Of a stretch of DNA of 61,141 nucleotides, positions 18,882-28,266 are shown piece after piece. The translations under genes and the position numbers were made by a program. Source of the stretch: an uncultured Muribaculaceae bacterium. Lineage in GTDB: Bacteria > Bacillota_I > Bacilli_A > RF39 > UBA660. Numbering within the stretch: the first letter of the stretch is position 1; each line of letters starts with the position of its first letter. The notes below the pieces were generated by a model. The model was not told the DNA's origin and made no database searches. It was given only the letters and a program-made list of their open reading frames with translations. The stretch covers positions 1-61,141 of the forward strand of contig CAYQJD010000002.1 in NCBI GenBank assembly GCA_964417835.1, in the 5' to 3' direction.

Positions 18882-20801
18882 GTGATTTTTTTGAAACGTA
18901 TTAAATTATTATTTAAATTATCTATATTTGTTCTTATCTCTTTTATTGTATGCTTATCATGTTTATATGTTTATGCTTATTTATCACCTGGTATAGATAT
19001 TAAAACTAGTAACTCATTATACATATATGATAACAATGAAAACCTTGTTTATCAAGGGTCAAGAAATAATGAATGGGTTTCATTAAATGATGTTAGCGAA
19101 AATTTTATAAATGCCATTTTAAGCACAGAAGATAAACATTTTTATACTCATATGGGATTTGATTACTTAAGAATTGCTAAATCATTGTATGTAAATTTCA
19201 AAAATGGATATATTTCACAAGGTGGAAGCACAATAAGTCAACAATATGTTAAAAATATGTATTTAGATTTTGATAAAACTTGGTCTAGAAAAATACAAGA
19301 AGCATTTTTAACATTAAAATTAGAAACACATTATAGTAAAGATGAAATTCTTGAAGGTTATATTAATACAATATCTTTTGGTCAAGGATGTTATGGAATA
19401 AGTGAAGCAAGTCAATATTATTTTAATAAAAGTCCAAGTGAACTAACTCTTGAAGAATCTATTATTTTAGCAGGAATACCAAAAGCTCCAAATAGCTATA
19501 ATCCTATAACCAATTATGAAAAAGCAATTTCTAGAGGGAAAATAGTAGCTCAATGTATGTTAAGTAATAATAAAATTTCTAAAAAAGATTATGATAATTT
19601 GTTTAAAGAAAATATTCCTATATATGGAAAAAGTAATACAAATAATCTACAAACCTTATTGTATTATCAAGATGCTGTAATGAATGAACTTAAATCTTTA
19701 GAAGGAATTCCTAATAGTCTTATAGAATCTGGTGGACTTAAAATATATACTAATTTAGATATCAACTCTCAAACTGAACTTGAAAATTCTATTATTAACA
19801 ATATGAAAGATGATGAAGTCCAAGTAGCAAGTATAATTATAGAACCCTCAACAGGAAAAATTTTAGCTTTAACTGGAGGAAAAGATTATAAAAAAAGTCA
19901 GTATAATAGAGCCATAAAATCTAAACGACAAGTAGGATCAACTATAAAGCCCTTTTTATACTATACTGCGTTAACAAATAATATGACAAGTGCTTCTACA
20001 TTTTTAAGTGAAGAAACAACTTTTGTATTTTCAAATAATCAAACATATTCACCAACAAATTATGCAAGCAAATATGCAAATTCAGAAATAACTATGTCAG
20101 CAGCACTAGCATTTTCAGATAATATTTACGCTGTAAAGACTCATTTATTTCTAGGAGAAGAAAAATTAGTTGAGACTATGGAAAAAGTCGGGCTAAAAGA
20201 AAAACTTCAAGCAGTTCCTTCTTTAGCTTTAGGAAGTCAAGAGCTTAATATGCTCGATTATGCCACAGCTTATAATACATTGGCAAGTGGAGGGTATAAA
20301 CAAGACACTTATTTAATTGATAGAGTTGAAGATTTAAATGGAAATATTTTATATAAACATAAACAAAAAAAAGAATTAGTTCTTAATACAAACTATTTAT
20401 ATATTTTAAATGAAATGATGACAAATACTTATAATTCTAAATTTATTGGTTATAGTTCTGCTACTGCTTTATCAATAGCAAGTAAATTAACAAGAAAATA
20501 TGCTATTAAAAGTGGTTCAACTAGCAATGATTATTGGTTAGTAGGGTATAATCCAGACATATTAATGCTAATCTGGACTGGTGATGATAATAATGCGGAA
20601 GTTGAAGCTAGTTATTCTAAAATAACTAAAAATATTTGGGCAGATACAGTAGAAAACATATTAAAAGATAAAGAAGATAATTGGTATTCTATGCCACAAA
20701 ATATTGACGCTGTATATTTAAATGCAATAACGGGCGAATATTCAAATGAAAAAGATGGAACTTTATTTTATTTTCTGAAAGGAACAGAACCTATTAATTA
20801 A
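18882..20801 (+). CDS. Class A penicillin-binding protein (transglycosylase + transpeptidase)
   Basis: 'EDKHFYTHMGFD', 'GGSTISQQ', 'RKIQEA', 'STIKP'. Only + strand gene in the left replichore block. Confidence 0.9.
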   Translation: MIFLKRIKLLFKLSIFVLISFIVCLSCLYVYAYLSPGIDIKTSNSLYIYDNNENLVYQGSRNNEWVSLNDVSENFINAILSTEDKHFYTHMGFDYLRIAKSLYVNFKNGYISQGGSTISQQYVKNMYLDFDKTWSRKIQEAFLTLKLETHYSKDEILEGYINTISFGQGCYGISEASQYYFNKSPSELTLEESIILAGIPKAPNSYNPITNYEKAISRGKIVAQCMLSNNKISKKDYDNLFKENIPIYGKSNTNNLQTLLYYQDAVMNELKSLEGIPNSLIESGGLKIYTNLDINSQTELENSIINNMKDDEVQVASIIIEPSTGKILALTGGKDYKKSQYNRAIKSKRQVGSTIKPFLYYTALTNNMTSASTFLSEETTFVFSNNQTYSPTNYASKYANSEITMSAALAFSDNIYAVKTHLFLGEEKLVETMEKVGLKEKLQAVPSLALGSQELNMLDYATAYNTLASGGYKQDTYLIDRVEDLNGNILYKHKQKKELVLNTNYLYILNEMMTNTYNSKFIGYSSATALSIASKLTRKYAIKSGSTSNDYWLVGYNPDILMLIWTGDDNNAEVEASYSKITKNIWADTVENILKDKEDNWYSMPQNIDAVYLNAITGEYSNEKDGTLFYFLKGTEPIN

Positions 20802-20828
20802 AAATAGTTTATCTTTATAAGGATTAAA

Positions 20829-21779
20829 CTATTTTTCTATCTTAATTATTATTTGATATAAATCTTCAAAATCATAATCTTCAACGTCTATTTTAAATCC
20901 TGCATTTTTTATTTCAGTTTCTACATTTTTTAATTTTTCAATAACTGAATTTATATCTGTTAAATTAACTGTTTGATTTTTTTCATAATTAAATGATGAC
21001 TCTTCAGCAGTAGGAATATCAAATATCTCATATTTTTCTTTAAGATTTTCTGTTGCATTAGAAATAATAGAATCAATAGAAGTATTAGTAATATCTTGTT
21101 TTTTATCTTCCAAATTTAATTCTAAAGTTTCTATTTGGTTAATTAAATCCAAATTATCTTTTTCTGTTTTTTTATTCAAAATTTTTTTTATTTCTTCATC
21201 TAACTGTCTTACAGTCATTCTATTTTCTATTACTTTGTTTAGCATTTCCAATTGTAAATTAAGATCAGAAATTTGTAATAAACTTCTTGCATGTCTTTCA
21301 GAAATTTTTTCATTCATCAATGCATTTTGTGCTTCTTCACTTAAATTCAACAAACGTATTTTATTTGCAACTGATGATTGAGATACACCCATTCTCTTAG
21401 CTAGTTGTTCTTGAGTTAAATAGCCACGATCTAATAATTTTTTATAAGATTTTGCCTCTTCTATAGCAGATAAATTTTTTCTTTGAAGATTTTCAACTAA
21501 GGCAACTTCGGCTGAAGAATTATCATCTAAATTGGAAATTATAGCAGGTACTTTACTTAATCCAGCAATTTGTGATGCTTTATATCTTCTTTCTCCTGCA
21601 ATAATTTCATATTTCCCGCCATTTAGTCTTCTTAAAACCAATGGTTGTATAATTCCATGTTCTTTTATTGAAGAAGCTAATTCTTTTAAAGCTGTTTCAT
21701 CAAAAGTCAAACGCGGTTGAAATCTGTTTGGTAATATATCCTCAATATTTATATATTGAATATTAGATTCTAAATTCAT
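20829..21779 (-). CDS. noc: ParB-family protein, Noc-like (nucleoid occlusion). Start moved to 'MNLESN', which has the SD GGAGTAGGGGA.
   Basis: 'PNRFQPR', 'HGIIQPLV', 'YEIIAGERRYKA', 'QSSVANKIRLLNL', 'SERHARSL', C-terminal 'FEDLYQIIIKIEK'. All are closer to recalled B. subtilis Noc than to Spo0J. Position is right after rsmG. Confidence 0.75.
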   Translation of the reverse strand: MNLESNIQYINIEDILPNRFQPRLTFDETALKELASSIKEHGIIQPLVLRRLNGGKYEIIAGERRYKASQIAGLSKVPAIISNLDDNSSAEVALVENLQRKNLSAIEEAKSYKKLLDRGYLTQEQLAKRMGVSQSSVANKIRLLNLSEEAQNALMNEKISERHARSLLQISDLNLQLEMLNKVIENRMTVRQLDEEIKKILNKKTEKDNLDLINQIETLELNLEDKKQDITNTSIDSIISNATENLKEKYEIFDIPTAEESSFNYEKNQTVNLTDINSVIEKLKNVETEIKNAGFKIDVEDYDFEDLYQIIIKIEK

Positions 21780-21872
21780 ATCCCCTACTCCTATTCTCAT
21801 TTTTATAATACTTTATTTTTTTATTTTTTTCAATAGAAAAAAGTTATTATATTTTAAATATAATATTTTTAA

Positions 21873-22577
21873 TTAAAGATGTTTTTTTACTATTTGACTA
21901 TAGTTTCTGGGGTATTTTGTATTTGTGATTTTATTTTTTATTATAATAATAAAATTTCTAACCCCTTTATTGTTAGGTAAATTAATATTTTTAGTTGATA
22001 TTAATTTGCCACCTAATATTGAGATAGCATTCATACTATCATTTAATTCTTTTTCATAATCAGATTTCATAGCAATAAAAAATCCATCAACTTTCACATA
22101 TGGAAGTGATATTTCAGATAAAACAGGCAAATTTTTTACAGCTCGTGCAGTAACTAAATCGTAATATTCTCTTCTATTTATTATAAAATTTTCAGCTCTA
22201 TCTGTAATAATTTCAACATTATTTAATTTTAATTTTTCAATCAATTCTTTACAAAATTTAGTCTTTTTATTATTTGAATCTAATAAAGTTAAATTTATAT
22301 GAGGAAAAACTATTTTTAAAACTATTCCTGGGAAACCTGCTCCACACCCAATATCTAATAAGTTTTCTATTTTATTTAAATCAACAACTTGAGATAATAA
22401 AAGAGAATCATAAAAATGTTTTAAATATACATCTTCTTGTATTACTATCGTTGTTAAATTAGTATGAATATTATACTCCACTAAAAACTTATAATATTCA
22501 AAAAATTGCTGAATTTGATTTTTAGATAAGACAATATTTATTTTTTTTAATTCATTTATAAATTCTTTTTCACTCAT
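21873..22577 (-). CDS. rsmG: 16S rRNA (guanine527-N7)-methyltransferase
   Basis: 'DIGCGAGFPG'; synteny after mnmG. Confidence 0.9.
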   Translation of the reverse strand: MSEKEFINELKKINIVLSKNQIQQFFEYYKFLVEYNIHTNLTTIVIQEDVYLKHFYDSLLLSQVVDLNKIENLLDIGCGAGFPGIVLKIVFPHINLTLLDSNNKKTKFCKELIEKLKLNNVEIITDRAENFIINRREYYDLVTARAVKNLPVLSEISLPYVKVDGFFIAMKSDYEKELNDSMNAISILGGKLISTKNINLPNNKGVRNFIIIIKNKITNTKYPRNYSQIVKKHL

Positions 22578-24441
22578 TTTTGTTATATTCCTTTTTTAAA
22601 TATATTGCTAAAATAGATAAATCTGTTGGATTAACTCCACTTATTCGTGCTGCTTGTGCCAATGTACGAGGATTTACTGATTTTAATTTTTGTCTAGCTT
22701 CGCTAGCCAAGTTAGTAATTTTATCATAGTTAATATTTTTGGGAATTTGCTTAGATTCCAACTTTAATAGCTTTTCTACTTCTAATAATTCTTTTTTTAT
22801 ATACCCTTCGTATTTTACAAGAATTTCGACTTGTTGATATATTTCATTATCATATTTTTTTTCTAGTAATTTTTCATCTATCAAAAGTTGTATTGATATT
22901 TCTGGGCGTTTAAGAAAATTATATAAATCAGTTCCTTTTTCAAATTTTTTATTAGATAATTTCTCTTCAATTTTTTTTGTTTTATTTTTTATGTTGATTT
23001 TTAAACTTTTCAATTCATTAACTAATTTTTTGATATTCTCTTCTTTTGCTAACAATTTATGATACTGTTCCTCAGTTATTAGCCCCAAATCATATCCATA
23101 TTTTCTCAATCTCAAATCAGCATTATCATGTCTCAACAATAATCTAAATTCAGCACGAGAAGTAAGCATTCTATAAGGTTCTTTAGTCCCTTTAGTTACT
23201 AAATCATCAATTAAAACTCCAATATAAGATTCATTACGTTTTAAAATCAATGGTTCTTCGTTTCTTATTTTTTTGACAACATTAATACCTGCTATTAATC
23301 CTTGGCCAGCAGCTTCTTCATACCCGCTTGTTCCATTAATTTGACCCGCAGTAAATAAATTATCAATAATTTTTGTTTCCAAAGAAGCGTTTAATTGTAA
23401 TGGGTTAATAGAATCATATTCAATTGCATATGCATATTTTAAAATTTTAGCATTTTCTAAACCTTTTAAACTGTGAACCATTTGTTCCTGAACATCAATT
23501 GGCATACTTGTGGAAAAACCTTGTAAATACAAATCGTCATAATATAGACTTTCTGGTTCTAAAAATAATTGATGCTTCTCTTTATCACTAAATCTAACGA
23601 TTTTATCTTCAATTGATGGACAATATCGAGGGCCTACTCCTTCAGCATATCCTCCATACATTGCACTCTTGTTTAAATTTTTTTTAATTATTTCGTGTGT
23701 ATTTTCATTAGTATATACTAAATAACATTTTTCTTGTTTATTTTTATCATAAAATATCTTATTATCACAATTAAATGTCCAATATTGATCATCACCAGTT
23801 TCTTCTTTTAAAACCGAAAAATCTACAGTACTTTTATCAATTCTTTGAGGTGTACCAGTTTTTAATCTTAAAATATCAAACCCTAGTTCTTTTAGCTTAG
23901 TACTTAAAAATTGAGATCTTTTCTCTCCATGAGGCCCTTCAAGTTTACTTTGGTCACCTATTAATATTTTACTTTTTAAATATGTTCCAGTAGTCAAAAC
24001 AAGTCCATCACAATAAATCTCTTCACCACTTTCTAATATTATTCCCTTTATTTTATTTCCTTCTACTATTAAATTTTCTACCATTCCCTCAACTATTGTC
24101 AAATTCTTAGTTTTATTTAAAGTATCTAACATTACTTTTGGATAAGTGATTTTATCTGCTTGAGCTCTTAACGATCTAACTGCAGGACCTTTACCATTAT
24201 TTAACATTTTTATTTGTATGTGACTTTTGTCTGCAACTAATCCCATGATTCCGCCCAAAGCATCAATCTCTCTAACTATAATTCCTTTTGCAGTACCTCC
24301 AATTGAAGGATTACATGGCATATCACCAATATTATTTATATTAGATGTCACTAATGCAGTTTTCATTCCCATTACTGCAGCGGCATGTGCTGCTTCGCAT
24401 CCTGCATGACCGCCACCTACAACTATTACATTATATTTCAT
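22570..24441 (-). CDS. mnmG: tRNA uridine 5-carboxymethylaminomethyl modification enzyme MnmG
   Basis: 'VIVVGGGHAGCEAA'. Start moved to 'MKYNVIVVGGG', which has an SD. Confidence 0.95.
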   Translation of the reverse strand: MKYNVIVVGGGHAGCEAAHAAAVMGMKTALVTSNINNIGDMPCNPSIGGTAKGIIVREIDALGGIMGLVADKSHIQIKMLNNGKGPAVRSLRAQADKITYPKVMLDTLNKTKNLTIVEGMVENLIVEGNKIKGIILESGEEIYCDGLVLTTGTYLKSKILIGDQSKLEGPHGEKRSQFLSTKLKELGFDILRLKTGTPQRIDKSTVDFSVLKEETGDDQYWTFNCDNKIFYDKNKQEKCYLVYTNENTHEIIKKNLNKSAMYGGYAEGVGPRYCPSIEDKIVRFSDKEKHQLFLEPESLYYDDLYLQGFSTSMPIDVQEQMVHSLKGLENAKILKYAYAIEYDSINPLQLNASLETKIIDNLFTAGQINGTSGYEEAAGQGLIAGINVVKKIRNEEPLILKRNESYIGVLIDDLVTKGTKEPYRMLTSRAEFRLLLRHDNADLRLRKYGYDLGLITEEQYHKLLAKEENIKKLVNELKSLKINIKNKTKKIEEKLSNKKFEKGTDLYNFLKRPEISIQLLIDEKLLEKKYDNEIYQQVEILVKYEGYIKKELLEVEKLLKLESKQIPKNINYDKITNLASEARQKLKSVNPRTLAQAARISGVNPTDLSILAIYLKKEYNKNE

Positions 24442-24446
24442 ATTCC

Positions 24447-25808
24447 CTACTTTCCTAAACAAAAATTAGCAAATATCTCATCAAGAAGTTCTTCTTTATA
24501 ATTAACTCCAATAATTTCACCTAATAAATCACAGCACTCTTTTATATCAATTGCTAAAAGATCTATTTCTATATTATTTTCTAGTTGAATTAAACAGTTT
24601 CTTAATGCTTGAATTGCTTTTTTAACTAAAGATATTTGTCTTGCATTTGATAAATAACTAATATTTTTACTATTGATTGTTTCCAAATTAAATAATTCTT
24701 TTATTTTTTCTTTTAAAGAATCTAACCCAGTAATTGATAACGTATTTCCGTAAACAATATGTTTTGTGTTAATTTCATCAATATTTATCTTTTTTTCTAA
24801 ATCATCTTTGTTTATGAAAATAATTATATTTTGATTTTCACTTTCTATATCATTTATAAGTTGTTTCTCTTTATCAGTTATTAGATCATTATTGTTTAAT
24901 ACAAAAATAACTAAATCAGATTTTTTAATAATTTCTTTACTTTTATTTACACCAATTTTCTCTACAATATCATTAGTTTCTCTTATACCAGCAGTATCTA
25001 TAAGATTAAGAACAATTCCTTCTAAAATTATTTTTCCCTCTACTATATCTCTAGTAGTTCCTGCTATATTAGTCACAATAGCCTTATCTTCTTGAATTAA
25101 ATTATTTAAAATGCTACTTTTTCCTACATTTGGTTTTCCTACAATAGCTACATCTATTCCATTTTTTATTAATTTAGTATTTTCTGAATCTTTTAATAAT
25201 TTTTCTAAATCAGATAATATATTTAATATATCTGGTTTAAGCACTTTATTTTCTATAACTTTAATATCTTCATATTCAGGATAATCAATATTTACTTCTA
25301 TATTTGCACTAATTGACAATAATTTTTTTCGTATTTGTTTAATGACTTGAGATATACTTCCAGATATACCTTTTATTGATAGTTCTCTGTATTTATCTGT
25401 CTCAGCCTTTAATAAATCTCCAACAGATTCTGCTTCTACTAAGTCAATTCGTCCATTTAAAAAAGCTCTTTTTGTAAATTCCCCTGGTTCTGCTAATCTG
25501 CATCCTATTTCTAAAAGAATCTCTAAAATTTTATTTGTAGTTGCAATGCCTCCGTGGCAATTAATTTCAACAATATTCTCTTTAGTATAAGTTTTAGGAG
25601 ATTTCATAATACTAATTAAAACTTCATCAATTATTTCATTATTATATTTTATAAATCCATAATTAATAGTATGTGTATTACAAAGTGTTAAATCTGCACC
25701 TTGAAAAATTTGATTAACCAGTTTTATAGAATTTTCTCCAGAGACTCTAATAATTGATATAGCACCAATCCCTGTAGAAGTTGAAATAGCACAAATTGTA
25801 TCATCCAT
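24447..25808 (-). CDS. mnmE: tRNA modification GTPase MnmE
   Basis: 'GKPNVGKSS', 'DTAGIR', C-terminal 'CLGK'. Start moved to 'MDDTICAIST', which has the SD GAGGTG. Confidence 0.95.
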   Translation of the reverse strand: MDDTICAISTSTGIGAISIIRVSGENSIKLVNQIFQGADLTLCNTHTINYGFIKYNNEIIDEVLISIMKSPKTYTKENIVEINCHGGIATTNKILEILLEIGCRLAEPGEFTKRAFLNGRIDLVEAESVGDLLKAETDKYRELSIKGISGSISQVIKQIRKKLLSISANIEVNIDYPEYEDIKVIENKVLKPDILNILSDLEKLLKDSENTKLIKNGIDVAIVGKPNVGKSSILNNLIQEDKAIVTNIAGTTRDIVEGKIILEGIVLNLIDTAGIRETNDIVEKIGVNKSKEIIKKSDLVIFVLNNNDLITDKEKQLINDIESENQNIIIFINKDDLEKKINIDEINTKHIVYGNTLSITGLDSLKEKIKELFNLETINSKNISYLSNARQISLVKKAIQALRNCLIQLENNIEIDLLAIDIKECCDLLGEIIGVNYKEELLDEIFANFCLGK

Positions 25809-25842
25809 AGAATACACCTCACAAGGATTATAACACAAAAAT

Positions 25843-25856
25843 ATTTCCCGGGAAAT
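25843..25856. promoter_or_regulatory. Perfect Noc-binding site (NBS) ATTTCCCGGGAAAT in the jag-mnmE intergenic region
   Basis: Exact match to the published 14-bp NBS palindrome. It is embedded in the 26-bp perfect palindrome AAAAATATTTCCCGGGAAATATTTTT (25837-25862). Confidence 0.7.
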
Positions 25857-25898
25857 ATTTTTGCAATAAAAAAGTATCAAATTACATTTGACACTTTT

Positions 25899-26507
25899 TT
25901 ACGCTCTATACTTTATAACTACACATCTATTAGGCTCTTTACCCTCACTATTTGTTATAATATTTTCTTTATTTGCTAAAGCATTATGAATTATTCTTCT
26001 TTCATAAGAATTTAAAGGATGAAGTTTTATATCCATTTTGGTTTTTAAAACCTCATCTGCAATTTTATTCGCCAATCTTTCCAATTTTAAATCGCGATTA
26101 TTTCTATAATTTTCAACATCCAAAATTATATGAGGATTTATTCCAAATTTAGTATTTAACATTTGCTTTACTATCGTTGTTAGTGCAGTTAAAGTTTTCC
26201 CTTGCTTACCTATAAGTAAGGCATTATTATTAGTTAACAATCTTATATAGATTAAACTATCTTGAATATTACTTTCAAAATTAACATCAATTGACATTTT
26301 ATTTATAAAATTTTTCAAATAATTTTTAATATATTCACCTATATCATCTAATTTTACTATTTTTATTTTAAAATAATCTTTTTTTAAAATATTTTTAGAA
26401 ATTTGTGAAGTATATATATATACTTCAGAATTTTTTAAATTTAGTTTTTCCAAACTATTACATATTAAATCTTCTAATTTTTTACCCTCAAATTCATAAA
26501 TTTTCAT
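25899..26507 (-). CDS. jag: Jag/KhpB RNA-binding protein (KH + R3H)
   Basis: 'GKQGKTLTALT' (KH), 'ERRIIHNAL' (R3H); synteny after yidC. Confidence 0.9.
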   Translation of the reverse strand: MKIYEFEGKKLEDLICNSLEKLNLKNSEVYIYTSQISKNILKKDYFKIKIVKLDDIGEYIKNYLKNFINKMSIDVNFESNIQDSLIYIRLLTNNNALLIGKQGKTLTALTTIVKQMLNTKFGINPHIILDVENYRNNRDLKLERLANKIADEVLKTKMDIKLHPLNSYERRIIHNALANKENIITNSEGKEPNRCVVIKYRA

Positions 26508-26510
26508 AAA

Positions 26511-27440
26511 CTAACTCCTTCTTTTTAATATTAAAGTTTGAATAACACTAAATCCATTTGTAACAACCCAATATAATGCAATTGCAGTAGGGAGACTAAA
26601 TGATGCGATTGAAATAAATATTAACATAAAGGTTGTCATGAATTGCATTTGTTGTTGCTGAGCTGTATTGCCAGCGTTAGACATATTAAATTTAAATGAA
26701 AAGTAAGTTGTTAAAATTATTAATGCAATTAAAATCAAATAAATATAATTTCCTGATTTAATTCCTATTAAAGGAGTAGTACCTAACTGTAAAGAAAATA
26801 ATTTTTCTTCAAATATTGCTGGTATCCTATTTATTGCTTCCAAAAAAGCGAAAAATAATGGTAATTGTATAAATGATACTAAACATCCGCCTATCGGATT
26901 AATATTATATTTTTTATATATTAACATAGTTTCTTGACTTTTTTTCATCATTGAATCTGAATCGGTTTTATCCTTATATTTTTTTTCTAATTTTTCTATT
27001 TCTGGTTGAGCATTTTTCATATTTTCTGATTGCTTAACTGTTTTAATTGAAATTGGCATTATAACTAGCCTTAATAGAAGACTAATTAACATAACTGATA
27101 TACCATAATTTTTAACAACAGATCCTAATTTTATTATAAGCCATGCTATAGGTCTAACAAAAAGTTGAACCCATAAACCACTATAATTCTTTGAATCATA
27201 TATTTTCATTTCTTCACAATTTGGTAAATTTTCCAGTTTAACTTCCATATTATCAGAATATTTCTCATATATTTCTAATAAATCCTTATCTGTTGGCTTA
27301 CATAGTATATTTGAAGTTAAACTTTGACCTGTTTTTTCATTAGTTATTCTTTTATTTTTATCATCAGATAAATATTTTGTACATCCTGTTGTAATAAATA
27401 ACATAATAAATATAATAATAATTATTTTTCGCTTTTTCAT
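26511..27440 (-). CDS. yidC: YidC/SpoIIIJ membrane insertase (lipoprotein)
   Basis: Lipobox 'ITTGC', 'MQPEI..L..KYK'-type loop, 5 TM. Confidence 0.9.
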   Translation of the reverse strand: MKKRKIIIIIFIMLFITTGCTKYLSDDKNKRITNEKTGQSLTSNILCKPTDKDLLEIYEKYSDNMEVKLENLPNCEEMKIYDSKNYSGLWVQLFVRPIAWLIIKLGSVVKNYGISVMLISLLLRLVIMPISIKTVKQSENMKNAQPEIEKLEKKYKDKTDSDSMMKKSQETMLIYKKYNINPIGGCLVSFIQLPLFFAFLEAINRIPAIFEEKLFSLQLGTTPLIGIKSGNYIYLILIALIILTTYFSFKFNMSNAGNTAQQQQMQFMTTFMLIFISIASFSLPTAIALYWVVTNGFSVIQTLILKRRS

Positions 27441-27766
27441 ATTTTCTCCTTAATTAATAAATTTTTTAAATTATCTAATCTAATATGAAATGGAATTGAT
27501 AAACTTCCATTCCTTATCATTATAATATAATCTCTATTATTTTTAAATAATGAATTCAATTCTGTAATTATTTCTCTTGTTTGTCTTTTAAGTTTATTTC
27601 TAGTAACAGCATTTCCAATTTTAGTATTTATAGCAATCCCAAATCTAGCGTAAGAATTATTATTTTCCCTAAAATATATAACAAACTCTTTAGATTTTAC
27701 AAATTTACCATTTTTTATTATATCAGTAAACTCTTTATCAGATTTTATAATATATTTTTTTTTCAT
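27437..27766 (-). CDS. rnpA: RNase P protein component
   Basis: 'GNAVTRNKLKRQTRE' (RNR motif). Confidence 0.9.
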   Translation of the reverse strand: MKKKYIIKSDKEFTDIIKNGKFVKSKEFVIYFRENNNSYARFGIAINTKIGNAVTRNKLKRQTREIITELNSLFKNNRDYIIMIRNGSLSIPFHIRLDNLKNLLIKEKI

Positions 27767-27782
27767 ATTTTCTCCTTATAGA

Positions 27783-27803
27783 TAAAAAACCACAAAATGT
27801 GGT
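27783..27803 (-). terminator. Intrinsic terminator/attenuator between rpmH and rnpA
   Basis: Minus strand reads ACCAC-ATTTT-GTGGT followed by TTTTT, immediately after the rpmH stop. Confidence 0.55.
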
Positions 27804-27926
27804 CTACTTACATAATACTTTACGTCCTTTTTGTCTTCTTGTTTTAAGAATATTCGTTTCCTTACGTGCAAAAAAACCATGTTTTTTACTTTTTTTACGA
27901 TTATTTGGTTGATAAGTTCTTTTCAT
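27804..27926 (-). CDS. rpmH: 50S ribosomal protein L34 (40 codons; absent from the ORF track)
   Basis: Manual translation gives [49 protein letters not shown] lies upstream. Confidence 0.9.
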   Translation of the reverse strand: MKRTYQPNNRKKSKKHGFFARKETNILKTRRQKGRKVLCK

Positions 27927-28266
27927 AATTGCACCTCCACATCTCTTAAGCTTTTTTATTGTATTATATTTTTTTTAGTAAGTCAATTATTATTTTTTAT
28001 TCGTATTAAATATTAAAAAATAATAGTTTAATATTAAAACAAGTAATTATCCACAATAGAATGTTAGTAATTATTTTTAAATGTTAATATTATATTGTGA
28101 AAAATGTTTAAAACCTATATAAATATTGATTTTATCTAATAAAAAATGTTGATAAAGTTGTTTAAAAAGTGTTCATTTTTGTTTATCTTTAATTTCGTAC
28201 TTTATTTTTCAACAAAAGTAGTTTAAAATAAATTTAGAAAAGTTGTCCTGAAGGTGGGGTGGGGGT
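27927..28266. other. oriC: oriC region upstream of dnaA with DnaA boxes
   Basis: Perfect TTATCCACA at 28047-28055. TGTTGATAA (1 mismatch) at 28147-28155. TGTGAAAAA at 28096-28104. Extremely AT-rich flanks. Gene orientation switches here. Confidence 0.75.
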
